64,000 bases of DNA from Stellaceae bacterium (GTDB taxonomy: Bacteria; Pseudomonadota; Alphaproteobacteria; ATCC43930; CGMCC-115725): positions 7,192-71,191 of the forward strand of contig DATMKU010000032.1 of NCBI GenBank assembly GCA_035570935.1, written 5' to 3'. Made by a program: the position numbers and the translations under genes. The notes beneath the pieces were generated by a model. It saw only the letters and a list, made by a program, of their open reading frames with translations. It ran no database searches and was not told where the DNA came from. The stretch's first letter is position 1; the number at the start of each line of letters is the position of its first letter. Below are positions 36,728 to 45,412 of the stretch, in pieces.

Positions 36728-37120
36728 ATGATCGAGAAGACTGCGCAATCCGTCGGGAACCTGGGCTATCATGCCCACATCTATTACGAGCCGACAACGA
36801 CGCGCGCCGTCGCGGAGCAAGTGTGCGCCGCGGTCAGCGAAAAGTTCCCAGTCGAGATCGACGGTTTCCGCGACACGCCGGTCGGACCGCACCCGATCTC
36901 GAATGTCCTGGTCATCTTCAAGCCCGACCAGTTCGAGCACGTCGTTCCCTATCTGATGCTGAACCGTGAAGGTCTCGACGTACTCGTGCACCCGCTGACC
37001 ACGGACGCGGTCGAGGACCATAGCGGTTACGCGATTTGGCTCGGCAACCCGGTCGAGCTAAAGCTTCACACGCTGCCCCGCGGCCGCGGCGGGCGGCTGC
37101 CGAGCGGGGTCAGCCCGTAG
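36728..37120 (+). CDS. DOPA 4,5-dioxygenase family protein
   Basis: Reads GYHAHIYYEP....PVGPHPISNVLVIF...VVPYLMLNREGLDVLVHPLT.DAVEDHSGYAIWLG. The ATG at 36728 follows CAGGGAGGA and lies inside track ORF 36263-37120. Confidence 0.8.
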   Translation: MIEKTAQSVGNLGYHAHIYYEPTTTRAVAEQVCAAVSEKFPVEIDGFRDTPVGPHPISNVLVIFKPDQFEHVVPYLMLNREGLDVLVHPLTTDAVEDHSGYAIWLGNPVELKLHTLPRGRGGRLPSGVSP

Positions 37121-37210
37121 GGATCGGGGCGGCGGCTCGACGGCTAGCAAACGAGGGTGCAAAGCCTTCCCCTGGGCTGAACAGGGGACGGCTGCCCGTC
37201 GCTTGCCTCT

Positions 37211-37240
37211 GGGTTTCCGCTTTCGCGGGAATGACGATGC
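37211..37240. repeat. REP-like unit (gggtttccgctttcgcgggaatgacgatgc), same family as 8756-8779
   Basis: It shares the core CCGCTTTCGCGGGAATGACG. The flanking cgtcgcttgcc is also shared with 8718-8728. It marks the truncation point of the ABC permease fragment. Confidence 0.7.
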
Positions 37241-37249
37241 AATATGGTC

Positions 37250-37810
37250 GACAAGAGGCGGGTCGTGGGTCGCCGCCAACGGCGCAAACACCGCCAGGCC
37301 GACAAACAACAGCAAAATCGCGCCAACCGCGACGGTCAACCGATCGCGCCGCAATCGTCCGGCGACCACGCCCCAATAGCGGCGCCCGGCGGCTCCGCGC
37401 TGGGCATCGGCGACGGTCGCGCCCGGCTGCAATGCGGTGATGTCGGCCATCGGCGGCGGCCTAGTGGCGCATGCGCGGATCGATCAGCGCCTGCACGAGA
37501 TCGACCAGGAGATTGATCAGCACAAAGAAGCTCGCCAATACCAGCACGGTGCCCTGCAATACCGGTCGCGAGCCCGGGCGTCAGCCCGGCGATCTGGTTG
37601 GGATGCGTGAAGTCCCAGCCGACCAGCCCGTCGAACGCCGGAAGGCCGAGAAACAGATATCCCTCGCCGCCATTGTTTGGAACTCCGCTGGTCGTCGGGA
37701 TGTCGGCCACGGTCATCGCGATGCGGAGGGTTTGCGCAACCCCGGAGGGAGTGCGTGAGACTGAGCACAATCGCTGCGGCCACACCAACCGACACACTCA
37801 CGCGGGTCAT
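37250..37810 (-). pseudogene. Collapsed remnant of a peptide/nickel-type ABC importer operon (SBP N-terminus + permease-1 C-terminus + permease-2 N-terminus)
   Basis: Three fragments remain:
- MTRVSVSVGVAAAIVLSLTHS (frameshift) GVAQTLRIAMTVADIPTTSGVPNNGGEGYLFLGLPAFDGLVGWDF..IAGLTPGLAT, the first ~95 aa of a family-5 SBP.
- ..LQGTVLVLASFFVLINLLVDLVQALIDPRMRH* (stop at 37461-37463), the last ~33 aa of a DppB/OppB-type permease.
- MADITALQ..RRYWGVVAGRLRRDRLTVAVGAILLLFVGLAVFAPLAATHDP (from 37450), the N-terminus of a DppC/OppC-type permease, which then breaks off. Confidence 0.75.
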
Positions 37811-38020
37811 AGGATGCTCTCGGGTTGTTGCGCGGCCCAAGCGCGGGCCCACGGAATCGCGCGCTCGCCTTTTGCGGCCTCGTCGTGCGATGCTCGCGGC
37901 AACCTCCATGCCGACAGAGGCAACCGGCCGCGGGGTGGCCCGGTTCCTGCCCGACCGGCTGATGCCAACCACCGCACGCCGAACACCGCCGCTCCATCTC
38001 AAAGCGAGGAGAATGCGCCA

Positions 38021-38218
38021 ATGCCGTCCGAAATTTCAGACGAGGCCCTCGACTTCTTGTTGGCCCGCGCCGGCCTCACGCTCAGCCCCGAGCAAAAGGC
38101 CGATTTGAAATCGGTGTACGCCGGGGTTGCGGCGATGGCGGCGCGGGTGCGCCAGCAGCGCGGGCGCATGGCGGAGCCGGCGCTGACTTACGGCTTCACC
38201 GGGGAGGACCTCCAATGA
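38021..38218 (+). CDS. Small GatC/AtzG-like protein (putative amidase partner subunit)
   Basis: 65 aa, MPSEISDEALDFLLARAGLTLSPEQKADLKSVYAGVAAMAARVRQQRGRMAEPALTYGF. AAGCGAGGAG precedes the ATG at 38021. The stop overlaps the amidase start as ATGA at 38215-38218. Confidence 0.65.
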   Translation: MPSEISDEALDFLLARAGLTLSPEQKADLKSVYAGVAAMAARVRQQRGRMAEPALTYGFTGEDLQ

Positions 38219-39627
38219 CCGGCGCGATCCCGACCGTCGCCGAAGCGTCGCGGCTGATCGCGGCAAAGCGACTTTCGCCGGTCGAGCTGACCCGCGCCTG
38301 CCTCGACCGGGTGCACGCGCTCGACCATCGGCTGCACGCTTTTATCCATTTGACCGAAGAGCGGGCATTGGACGAAGCCCGCGCCGCCGAGCGCGCGGTC
38401 ATGGCCGGGGCGCCGAAGGGGCCGTTGCACGGCATCCCGATCGGTCTCAAGGACATCGTCGACACCAAGGGTATCCCGACAACCTGTCAGTCGAAGCTCC
38501 TCGCCGACAACGTGCCCGAAACCGACGCCGCCTGCGCCGAAAGGCTCGCCGCCGCCGGCACCGTCTTGATGGGCAAGACGACGACCCATGAATTCGCCGA
38601 TGGCGGGCCGTCTTTCGATGTCCCCTGGCCGCCGGCGCGCAACCCGTGGGACACAGATCACTTCACCGCCGGCAGCAGTAGCGGCACCGGTGCGGGGGTC
38701 GCGGCCGGGCTGATCTTGGGCGGCATCGGCACCGACACCGGCGGCTCGATCCGCGGCCCGGCGGCCTTGTGCGGGATCGCCGGCATCAAGCCCACCTATG
38801 GTCTCGTCAGCCGCGCCGGCGTCGCCCCGGCCGCCTTCAGCCTCGACCATATCGGCCCGATGGCGTGGACTGCCGAGGATTGCGCATTGATGCTGCAGGC
38901 ATTGGCCGGCCACGACCCGCGCGACCCGGCGAGCGCCGACCGGCCGGTGCCCGACTACAGCGCGCTGATCGGGGCCGGGATCAAGGGCTGCAAGATTGGG
39001 GTGATCCATCATTTCCACGAAACCGATTACCAGGTCAGCGCCGCGACCCGGCGCGGCATCGACGAGGCGATCGCCACCTGCCGTGGTCTCGGCGCCGAGA
39101 TCCACGAGGTGCAGTTGTCGCCGTTGCAGGATTGGATGGCCTGCGGCTCATTGATCTCGATCGTCGAACGTGCCGCCGCCTATGAGGAATGGACGCGCAC
39201 AAGGCTCGGCGATTTTGGCGAGCGCGTGCGCAGCCGGCTGATGCTCGGGGCCTTGGTGTCGGGTGTCGACTACCTCCAGGCGGTGCGGCGGCGGCGCGAA
39301 TTGCGCGCCCAGCTGCAGCGCGCGATGGCCGGGCTCGATGCCGTCTTGACCGCGTCCCAGCCCTCCGAGGCACCCAAGATCGACGCCTTGCCGAAATGGG
39401 ATTTGTTCCAGACGCCGAGCTTTACGATGCCGTTCAACGTCGCCGGATATCCGGCAATCTCGATCTGCTCGGGGTTTGGCGAGGGTGGATTGCCGGTGTC
39501 GATCCAGCTCGTCGGCAAACCGTTTCAGGAGCCCACCGTGTTCGGCATCGCCGACGCCATAGAAAAGGCGACCGATTTCCGCAGCCGCCGCCCGGCACTC
39601 GTGTCCAGGGCGTCTGCCGCGACGTAA
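38215..39627 (+). CDS. Amidase signature (AS) family enzyme (GatA/AtzE-like)
   Basis: Reads GPLHGIPIGLKDIV (catalytic Lys region) and GSSSGTGAGVAAGL..GTDTGGSIRGPAA (Ser-cisSer signature). 470 aa. Confidence 0.92.
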   Translation: MTGAIPTVAEASRLIAAKRLSPVELTRACLDRVHALDHRLHAFIHLTEERALDEARAAERAVMAGAPKGPLHGIPIGLKDIVDTKGIPTTCQSKLLADNVPETDAACAERLAAAGTVLMGKTTTHEFADGGPSFDVPWPPARNPWDTDHFTAGSSSGTGAGVAAGLILGGIGTDTGGSIRGPAALCGIAGIKPTYGLVSRAGVAPAAFSLDHIGPMAWTAEDCALMLQALAGHDPRDPASADRPVPDYSALIGAGIKGCKIGVIHHFHETDYQVSAATRRGIDEAIATCRGLGAEIHEVQLSPLQDWMACGSLISIVERAAAYEEWTRTRLGDFGERVRSRLMLGALVSGVDYLQAVRRRRELRAQLQRAMAGLDAVLTASQPSEAPKIDALPKWDLFQTPSFTMPFNVAGYPAISICSGFGEGGLPVSIQLVGKPFQEPTVFGIADAIEKATDFRSRRPALVSRASAAT

Positions 39628-39690
39628 TCAATTATCATCCGGGATTCGGAGAAGAATAATCTACCCTGAGCCGCTGAGAGGGAGAGCGTC

Positions 39691-40863
39691 ATGGAGAAGC
39701 GATTTGGCGTGGTGTCCGCCGATGGTCATTGCCGGCTGATGCATCTGCCGTTCGATTTGTGGACCAAGCGCCTGCCGCGAAAATTCCAGGACGACGGGCC
39801 GCGGGTCGTGACTGGGCCGGACGGTGTGCGGCAATGGGTGGTCGAGGGGCGGTCGTGGAGCGGGGTCGGCTGGGCCGGGGTGGGCCGCGGGCCGGTCAAC
39901 TGCTATACGCGGGCGGGATTGCCCGAAGAGCCCGAGCCTGGCATCTTCCGCGCGGCAAACGCCAAGTATCGCTGCGAGGACATGGACCGCGACGGGGTGG
40001 ACGCCGAGCTCGTCAACGGCCCCTATGAGCAAATATCGGCGATCAAAAATCCCGAATTGCGGGCCGCCTGCGTTCGCGCCGTCAACGACTGGGCGCGCGA
40101 GCTTTACGAGGAGTCGAACGGCCGCTTCATCATGCTTCTGCCGTTACCGTGCCTGACGCCCGAGGAGGCTGCCGCGGAATTGCTGCGGGTGGCCGAGTTC
40201 GGCCTGCCGACCGGGGTCATCTTCGATTGGGCGAACGCGCCCCAACCGGTGATCCACCAGATGTGGGAGCCGGTCTGGGCCGCCGCCGCCGAGACCGGCA
40301 TGCCGGTCAACCTGCACGCCAACCCCGCCGGCGGCTCGCGGCAAATGGGCGTCGGTGTGACAGGCATCGAGCCGCGCAACCAGGCCCTAATGCGGGTGGC
40401 CAACTTCCCGATCGGGCTGATGGCGGAATTGATGAGCGCCGTCGTTTTCTCGGGGATCTGCGATCGCCATCCCGGGGTGCGCTTTGTCCTCGAAGAGGCG
40501 GGGGTCGGATGGGTCCCGTTTATGTACTGGCGCTTCGATCGCGAATACGATTTCGGCGGGCCGCAGAGCCGCGTGTTTAAGCCCGACATCGTGCTCTCCG
40601 ACAAGCCCAGCGAATTTGTCAAGCGCCAGGTCTTCTTTACTTTCGAGGTCGAAGAAGAGGGCGGTTTCCGGCGCGCCCCCGAGGTCGGATTGCGGAACTT
40701 TTTGTGGGCCAGCGACTTCCCGGGTCTCGACAGCCCGTGGCCGCACTCGAAGGCAATGGGACATGCCCCGGCGGAGGCTGCTTTGGGCAAGGCAGCGCTC
40801 AACCAATTGGTCTTTGAAAACGCCGTGAACCTGTACAAGGTGCCGGTGACATCACCGCAATAG
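39691..40863 (+). CDS. Amidohydrolase-2 (ACMSD/TIM-barrel metal hydrolase) family protein
   Basis: Reads VVSADGHC (N-terminal His motif), ..VNLHAN.. and ..WASDFPG..SPWPHS. 390 aa. GAGGGAGAG precedes the ATG. Confidence 0.8.
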   Translation: MEKRFGVVSADGHCRLMHLPFDLWTKRLPRKFQDDGPRVVTGPDGVRQWVVEGRSWSGVGWAGVGRGPVNCYTRAGLPEEPEPGIFRAANAKYRCEDMDRDGVDAELVNGPYEQISAIKNPELRAACVRAVNDWARELYEESNGRFIMLLPLPCLTPEEAAAELLRVAEFGLPTGVIFDWANAPQPVIHQMWEPVWAAAAETGMPVNLHANPAGGSRQMGVGVTGIEPRNQALMRVANFPIGLMAELMSAVVFSGICDRHPGVRFVLEEAGVGWVPFMYWRFDREYDFGGPQSRVFKPDIVLSDKPSEFVKRQVFFTFEVEEEGGFRRAPEVGLRNFLWASDFPGLDSPWPHSKAMGHAPAEAALGKAALNQLVFENAVNLYKVPVTSPQ

Positions 40864-40979
40864 TCACGGAGGCGCTTCGACAGCGGTCGTTTCCTTGGCC
40901 GGTGCGGGGCTGATATAACGGTGCTCTGTTTCGCGTGGGCGCCGCACATGAACCTGATCGCCAATCGTTCGGCCGTCAG

Positions 40980-42017
40980 ATGACGGACGATTTGAGGTCC
41001 CTGCTGGCGCTGGTCGCCGCAGGGCGCAGCCTTGCCGAGGCCGAGGCCGAGGCCGCGTTCGACATCATCATGAGCGGCGACGCGACACCGTCGCAAATGG
41101 GCGGCTTTTTGATGGCGTTGCGCGTGCGCGGCGAAACCGTTGACGAAATCGCCGGCGCGGCGCGGATCATGCGGGCGAAGGCAGTGGCGATCGACGCACC
41201 GCCCGGAACCATCGACACCTGCGGCACCGGCGGCGACGCCTCGGGCAGCTTCAACATCTCGACCGCGAGCGCGTTGGTTGTCGCCGGCTGCGGCGTGCCG
41301 GTGGCGAAGCACGGCAACCGCGCACTGTCGTCGAAATCGGGTTCGGCCGATGTGCTGACGGCGCTCGGGGTCAATATCGAGGCCGACCTCACGGTCGTGC
41401 GCGCCTGCTTGTGGGAAATCGGGCTCGGCTTTCTGATGGCGCCGCGCCACCACAGCGCCACCCGTCATGTGGCACCGACGCGCGTCGAACTGGGGACAAG
41501 GACGATCTTCAACCTCCTGGGTCCGTTGTCGAACCCGGCCAAGGCGCGCCGCCAACTGGTCGGTGTGTTTGCCCCCGAATGGGTCCGGCCTATGGCCGAG
41601 GTGCTCGGCCGGCTCGGCGGCGAACGCGCTTGGGTCGTCCATGGCGACGGGCTCGACGAATTGACGACGGCCGGCCCGACCAAAGTCGCCGCGCTCGACC
41701 ATGGCACCGTCGAGACCTTCGAAGTTACCGCCGAGGACGCCGGGTTGCCGCCGGCGCGGCTCGAGGATCTGCGCGGCGGCGAACCCGCGTACAACGCCCG
41801 GCTGATGCACGGCCTTCTCGACGGTGCCGGCGGGCCGTTGCGCGATGTCGTGCTGCTCAACAGCGCCGCGGCGCTGCTGGTCGCCGGGCGTGCGGCAAAC
41901 CTCTATGAGGGCGCCGAACTGGCGGCCCGCTCGATCGATTCGGGTACGGCACGCCGCGTGCTCGAGAATCTCGTCGCCCACACCAACCTCCCCGCGGCGG
42001 CGCAGACCACCCAATGA
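40980..42017 (+). CDS. trpD: Anthranilate phosphoribosyltransferase
   Basis: Reads [23 protein letters not shown]...[17 protein letters not shown]...[18 protein letters not shown]. The ATG at 40980 lies inside track ORF 40935-42017. Confidence 0.93.
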   Translation: MTDDLRSLLALVAAGRSLAEAEAEAAFDIIMSGDATPSQMGGFLMALRVRGETVDEIAGAARIMRAKAVAIDAPPGTIDTCGTGGDASGSFNISTASALVVAGCGVPVAKHGNRALSSKSGSADVLTALGVNIEADLTVVRACLWEIGLGFLMAPRHHSATRHVAPTRVELGTRTIFNLLGPLSNPAKARRQLVGVFAPEWVRPMAEVLGRLGGERAWVVHGDGLDELTTAGPTKVAALDHGTVETFEVTAEDAGLPPARLEDLRGGEPAYNARLMHGLLDGAGGPLRDVVLLNSAAALLVAGRAANLYEGAELAARSIDSGTARRVLENLVAHTNLPAAAQTTQ

Positions 42018-43279
42018 GCGACGTGCTCGACCGCATCTGCGCCGAAAAACGCGGCCATATCGCGCGCGCCCGGGCGGCATGCCCCGAGGCGGTGCTGCTC
42101 GCCGCGCTCGGCGAGGCGCCGCCGGTGCGGCCGTTCGCGAGGGCGCTCGAACGCCACTTGACGCAAGGCCGCTACGGCCTGATCGCCGAGATAAAAAAGG
42201 CCTCGCCGAGCGCCGGGTTGATCCGGCCCGATTTCGACCCCGCGGCTCTCGCCCGCGCCTACGAGGCCGGTGGTGCTGCCTGCCTGTCGGTGTTGACCGA
42301 CACGCCGTTTTTCCAGGGCAGCGACGACGATCTGCGCGCCGCCCGCGCCGCCGTCGGGCTGCCGGTGCTGCGCAAGGACTTCATCCTCGACCCGTACCAG
42401 ATCCTCGAAAGCCGCGCGATCGGCGCCGATTGCGTGCTGCTGATCCTGGCGGCGTTGTCGGACGCCGCGGCCGGCGAACTCGCCGCCGCCGCCGCCGAGT
42501 ACCAGCTCGCCGTGCTGGCCGAAATTCACGATCGGGCGGAGCTCGAGCGCGCCCTCTTGCTCGGCGTGCGGCTGATCGGCATCAACAACCGCAACCTGAA
42601 GACCCTGGCGGTCGATCTGGGCACGACCGAAAGGCTGGCGCGGGAGGTGCCCGCCGACCGCATCGTCGTCGCCGAGAGCGGCATTCGCGGCACCGATGAT
42701 CTCGCCCGCCTGGCCAAGACCGGCGCCCGTTGTTTCCTGGTTGGCGAAACCCTAATGCGCGAACCCGATGTCGGCGCCGCGACGCGGCGCCTGCTCGGGC
42801 TCCCCGAATTTTCCCATCTCGACGCACAGGGCCGCGCCCGCATGGTCGACATTTCCGCAAAGGGCGAGACCGACCGGGTCGCCGTCGCCGGCGCACGGGT
42901 GGTCATGCGCCGCGAAACTCTGGAGCGCATCCGCACCGGCGATGTCGCCAAGGGCGATGTGCTAGCCGTCGCCCGCCTCGCCGGGATCATGGCCGCCAAA
43001 CGGACGGCCGAGCTGATCCCGCTGTGTCATCCGCTGGCGTTGACCTCGGTTGAGGTCGAGCTCGTTTGCGTCCCCGAGACGAGTGCCGTTGAGATCACCG
43101 CCACCTGCCGGTTGCGCGGCCGCACCGGGGTCGAAATGGAGGCATTGACGGCGGCCGGCATTGCGGCGTTGACGATCTACGACATGTGCAAGGCGGTCGA
43201 TCGCGGCATGGTCGTCACCAATCTCCGGTTGTTGCACAAATCCGGTGGTAAATCAGGAAGTTGGGAGGCGACACCGTGA
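42014..43279 (+). CDS. trpC: Single ORF fusing indole-3-glycerol-phosphate synthase (TrpC) to cyclic pyranopterin monophosphate synthase (MoaC)
   Basis: Residues 1 to ~262 carry [40 protein letters not shown] and ESGI. Residues ~266-421 carry [26 protein letters not shown] and [12 protein letters not shown]. There is no stop codon or start codon at the junction (~42797-42812). There is an ATGA overlap with trpD and a GTGA overlap with moeA. Confidence 0.85.
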   Translation: MSDVLDRICAEKRGHIARARAACPEAVLLAALGEAPPVRPFARALERHLTQGRYGLIAEIKKASPSAGLIRPDFDPAALARAYEAGGAACLSVLTDTPFFQGSDDDLRAARAAVGLPVLRKDFILDPYQILESRAIGADCVLLILAALSDAAAGELAAAAAEYQLAVLAEIHDRAELERALLLGVRLIGINNRNLKTLAVDLGTTERLAREVPADRIVVAESGIRGTDDLARLAKTGARCFLVGETLMREPDVGAATRRLLGLPEFSHLDAQGRARMVDISAKGETDRVAVAGARVVMRRETLERIRTGDVAKGDVLAVARLAGIMAAKRTAELIPLCHPLALTSVEVELVCVPETSAVEITATCRLRGRTGVEMEALTAAGIAALTIYDMCKAVDRGMVVTNLRLLHKSGGKSGSWEATP

Positions 43280-44487
43280 TATCGGTCGAAGAAGCGCTGA
43301 CGCGGCTGCTGGCTCTGATCGAAATCCTGCCGCCCGAGCAGATAGCGCTCGCCGACGGGCTCGGCCGGGTGCTCGCCGAAGATGTCGCCGCCCGCCGCAC
43401 TCAGCCGCCTTTCGCGGCCTCGGCGATGGACGGGTATGCGGTGCGCGCCGATGATCTCGGCCGGATCCCGGTCGAACTCAGAATTGTCGCCGAAGTGCCG
43501 GCCGGGGCGGGGTTTGGCGGCCATGTCGGCGCTGGCGAAGCGGCGCGCATCTTTACCGGGGCGCCGATGCCGGCCGGCACCGACACGGTCGTCATCCAGG
43601 AAGACGCGGAGCGGCACGGCGACCGCGTACGGGTGCTCGAAGGCGCCCGCCGTGGCCGCTATGTACGGCGCGAAGGCCTCGATTTCGCCGCAGGCGACGC
43701 GCTGCTGCAGGTCGGGCAGCGGCTGACCGCGCGCGACATCGGGCTGCTCGCCGCGATGAACCGGCCGTGGCTTTTTGTTCGCCGCCGCCCGCATATCGGC
43801 ATCCTCTCGACCGGCGACGAGATCGTCATGCCCGGCGACCCGATCGGCCCGCATCAGATTGTCAGTTCGAACAGCCTGGCGCTTTCGGCGATGGTCGCCG
43901 CCAGCGGCGGGGTTGCGGTGTCGGTCGGCAACGCCCCCGACGACCCCGAGGCCCTGCGCCGGATCGCGGCGGCGACGCGCGGCGTCGATCTCCTGGTCAC
44001 CACCGGCGGAGCTTCGGTCGGCGAGCACGATCTGGTGCGCCAAGTGCTGGCCGAGGACGGTTTCGATCTCGATTTCTGGCAGATCGCGATGCGGCCCGGA
44101 AAACCGCTGATGGCCGGCCGTTATCGGGGCACACCGATGCTCGGTCTGCCCGGCAATCCGGTCTCGACCTTTGTCTGCGGGGTGCTGTTCCTGGTTCCGG
44201 CGATCGAGCGGTTGAGCGGCATTGCCGCGACAGAGGCCGCCGCGACCGCGCGCCTCGGCGCCGCCGTCGCCGCCAACGACCGGCGCCAAGATTACCTCCG
44301 CGCCCGGCTCACGCGGGCCGATGACGGGATCGAGGAGGCGGCGCCGTTTGCGGTCCAGGACAGCTCGATGATGCGCCTGTTGGCGCAAGCCGACTGTCTG
44401 ATCATGCGCCCGCCGCACGCCCCCGCCGCCGCGGCCGGGGAGACCGTGCCGATCCTGCGCTTCCCGACCGGCGCGCTGCCGATCTGA
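43276..44487 (+). CDS. moeA: Molybdopterin molybdotransferase MoeA (housekeeping copy)
   Basis: Reads ISVEEAL..L...[17 protein letters not shown]...[17 protein letters not shown]...STGDEIV.PG...IVSSNS...[13 protein letters not shown]...MRPGKPL..G. The GTG at 43276 overlaps the preceding stop. Confidence 0.9.
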   Translation: MISVEEALTRLLALIEILPPEQIALADGLGRVLAEDVAARRTQPPFAASAMDGYAVRADDLGRIPVELRIVAEVPAGAGFGGHVGAGEAARIFTGAPMPAGTDTVVIQEDAERHGDRVRVLEGARRGRYVRREGLDFAAGDALLQVGQRLTARDIGLLAAMNRPWLFVRRRPHIGILSTGDEIVMPGDPIGPHQIVSSNSLALSAMVAASGGVAVSVGNAPDDPEALRRIAAATRGVDLLVTTGGASVGEHDLVRQVLAEDGFDLDFWQIAMRPGKPLMAGRYRGTPMLGLPGNPVSTFVCGVLFLVPAIERLSGIAATEAAATARLGAAVAANDRRQDYLRARLTRADDGIEEAAPFAVQDSSMMRLLAQADCLIMRPPHAPAAAAGETVPILRFPTGALPI

Positions 44488-44560
44488 AACCAGGCGGGGT
44501 CGGGTTCCGAAGCCAGGCTGTCACAAATCTGACCCTTTTGCGCTACTTGACGCAACGGGC

Positions 44561-44575
44561 GAACCAAAGTAGAAC
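44561..44575. promoter_or_regulatory. Alphaproteobacterial SOS box (GAAC-N7-GAAC) in the lexA promoter
   Basis: GAACCAAAGTAGAAC lies 48 bp upstream of the lexA ATG. It overlaps the region downstream of a TTGACG -35-like hexamer at 44547-44552. Confidence 0.75.
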
Positions 44576-44622
44576 GGGATGAGCGTTTAGGATTCGTTCC
44601 ACACTCTCCAAGTGGGGGTTCC

Positions 44623-45324
44623 ATGCTGACCGCAAAACAGCGCGAACTGCTGCTGTTTATCAATCAGAGGCTGAGCGCGACCGGGGTGTCACCGTCGTTT
44701 GACGAGATGAAGGACGCCCTGCGGCTGAAATCGAAATCGGGGATTCACCGGCTCGTCAGCGGGCTTGAGGAACGCGGGTTCATTCGCCGCCTGCCGCACC
44801 GGGCGCGCGCGTTGGAGGTCATCAAGCTCCCGGAGGAGAGTGCAGCCCCCGCCTTCGATCGCGGCGGCTTTTCCGCAACCGTGATTCGCGGCGATTTCAA
44901 GGCCTCGCTGCCGGGCGCTCCGGTTGCTCCCGATGTCGAGGCGGTCGAGCTGCCGCTCTACGGCCGAATCGCCGCCGGCACTCCGATCGAGGCGCTGCGC
45001 GACCAGAGTGCCTCGGTCGGCGTGCCGGCGAGCCTGCTCGGCCGCGCCGGTGAGCATTATGCGCTCGAGGTCGCCGGCGACAGCATGATCGAGGCCGGCA
45101 TTTTCGATGGCGACACGGTCATCATCGAGCGCAGCGACACTGCGGAGAACGGCGCCGTCGTCGTGGCGCTGATCGACGACCAGGAAGTGACGTTGAAGCG
45201 GCTGCGCCGGCGCGGCGCCTCGATCGCCCTCGAACCCGCCAACAAGGCGTATGAAAGCCGCATCTTCGGTCCCGACCGGGTCAAGGTTCAGGGCCGCCTC
45301 GTCGGCCTGCTCCGCCGCTATTGA
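44623..45324 (+). CDS. lexA: LexA repressor
   Basis: Reads [13 protein letters not shown]...[33 protein letters not shown]...ALEV.. then the S24 peptidase domain ([13 protein letters not shown]...V..LKRL). Confidence 0.95.
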   Translation: MLTAKQRELLLFINQRLSATGVSPSFDEMKDALRLKSKSGIHRLVSGLEERGFIRRLPHRARALEVIKLPEESAAPAFDRGGFSATVIRGDFKASLPGAPVAPDVEAVELPLYGRIAAGTPIEALRDQSASVGVPASLLGRAGEHYALEVAGDSMIEAGIFDGDTVIIERSDTAENGAVVVALIDDQEVTLKRLRRRGASIALEPANKAYESRIFGPDRVKVQGRLVGLLRRY

Positions 45325-45412
45325 CGGGCACGCAGCGGCAGCAACGCCGGCCTCCTCTTGGGCTCGCGTGGAGTGGCGCGGGGGCGCGAGGGGGTACAGC
45401 TGACAGACTGTT

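Noticed and set aside
40104-42080. A 658-aa minus-strand ORF, one of the longest in the track.
   Set aside because: It runs antisense across the amidohydrolase-2 gene, the intergenic region and trpD. It has Arg/Pro/Gly-rich low-complexity translation. The plus-strand genes carry clear family motifs and Shine-Dalgarno sites.
43177-44418. A 413-aa minus-strand ORF, with similar long antisense ORFs at 47033-48385, 48319-49365 and 19295-20671.
   Set aside because: All of them are antisense to confidently identified genes (moeA, the PLP enzyme, the MoeA-like gene, malic enzyme). All have the same Arg/Gly/Pro/Asp-rich composition.
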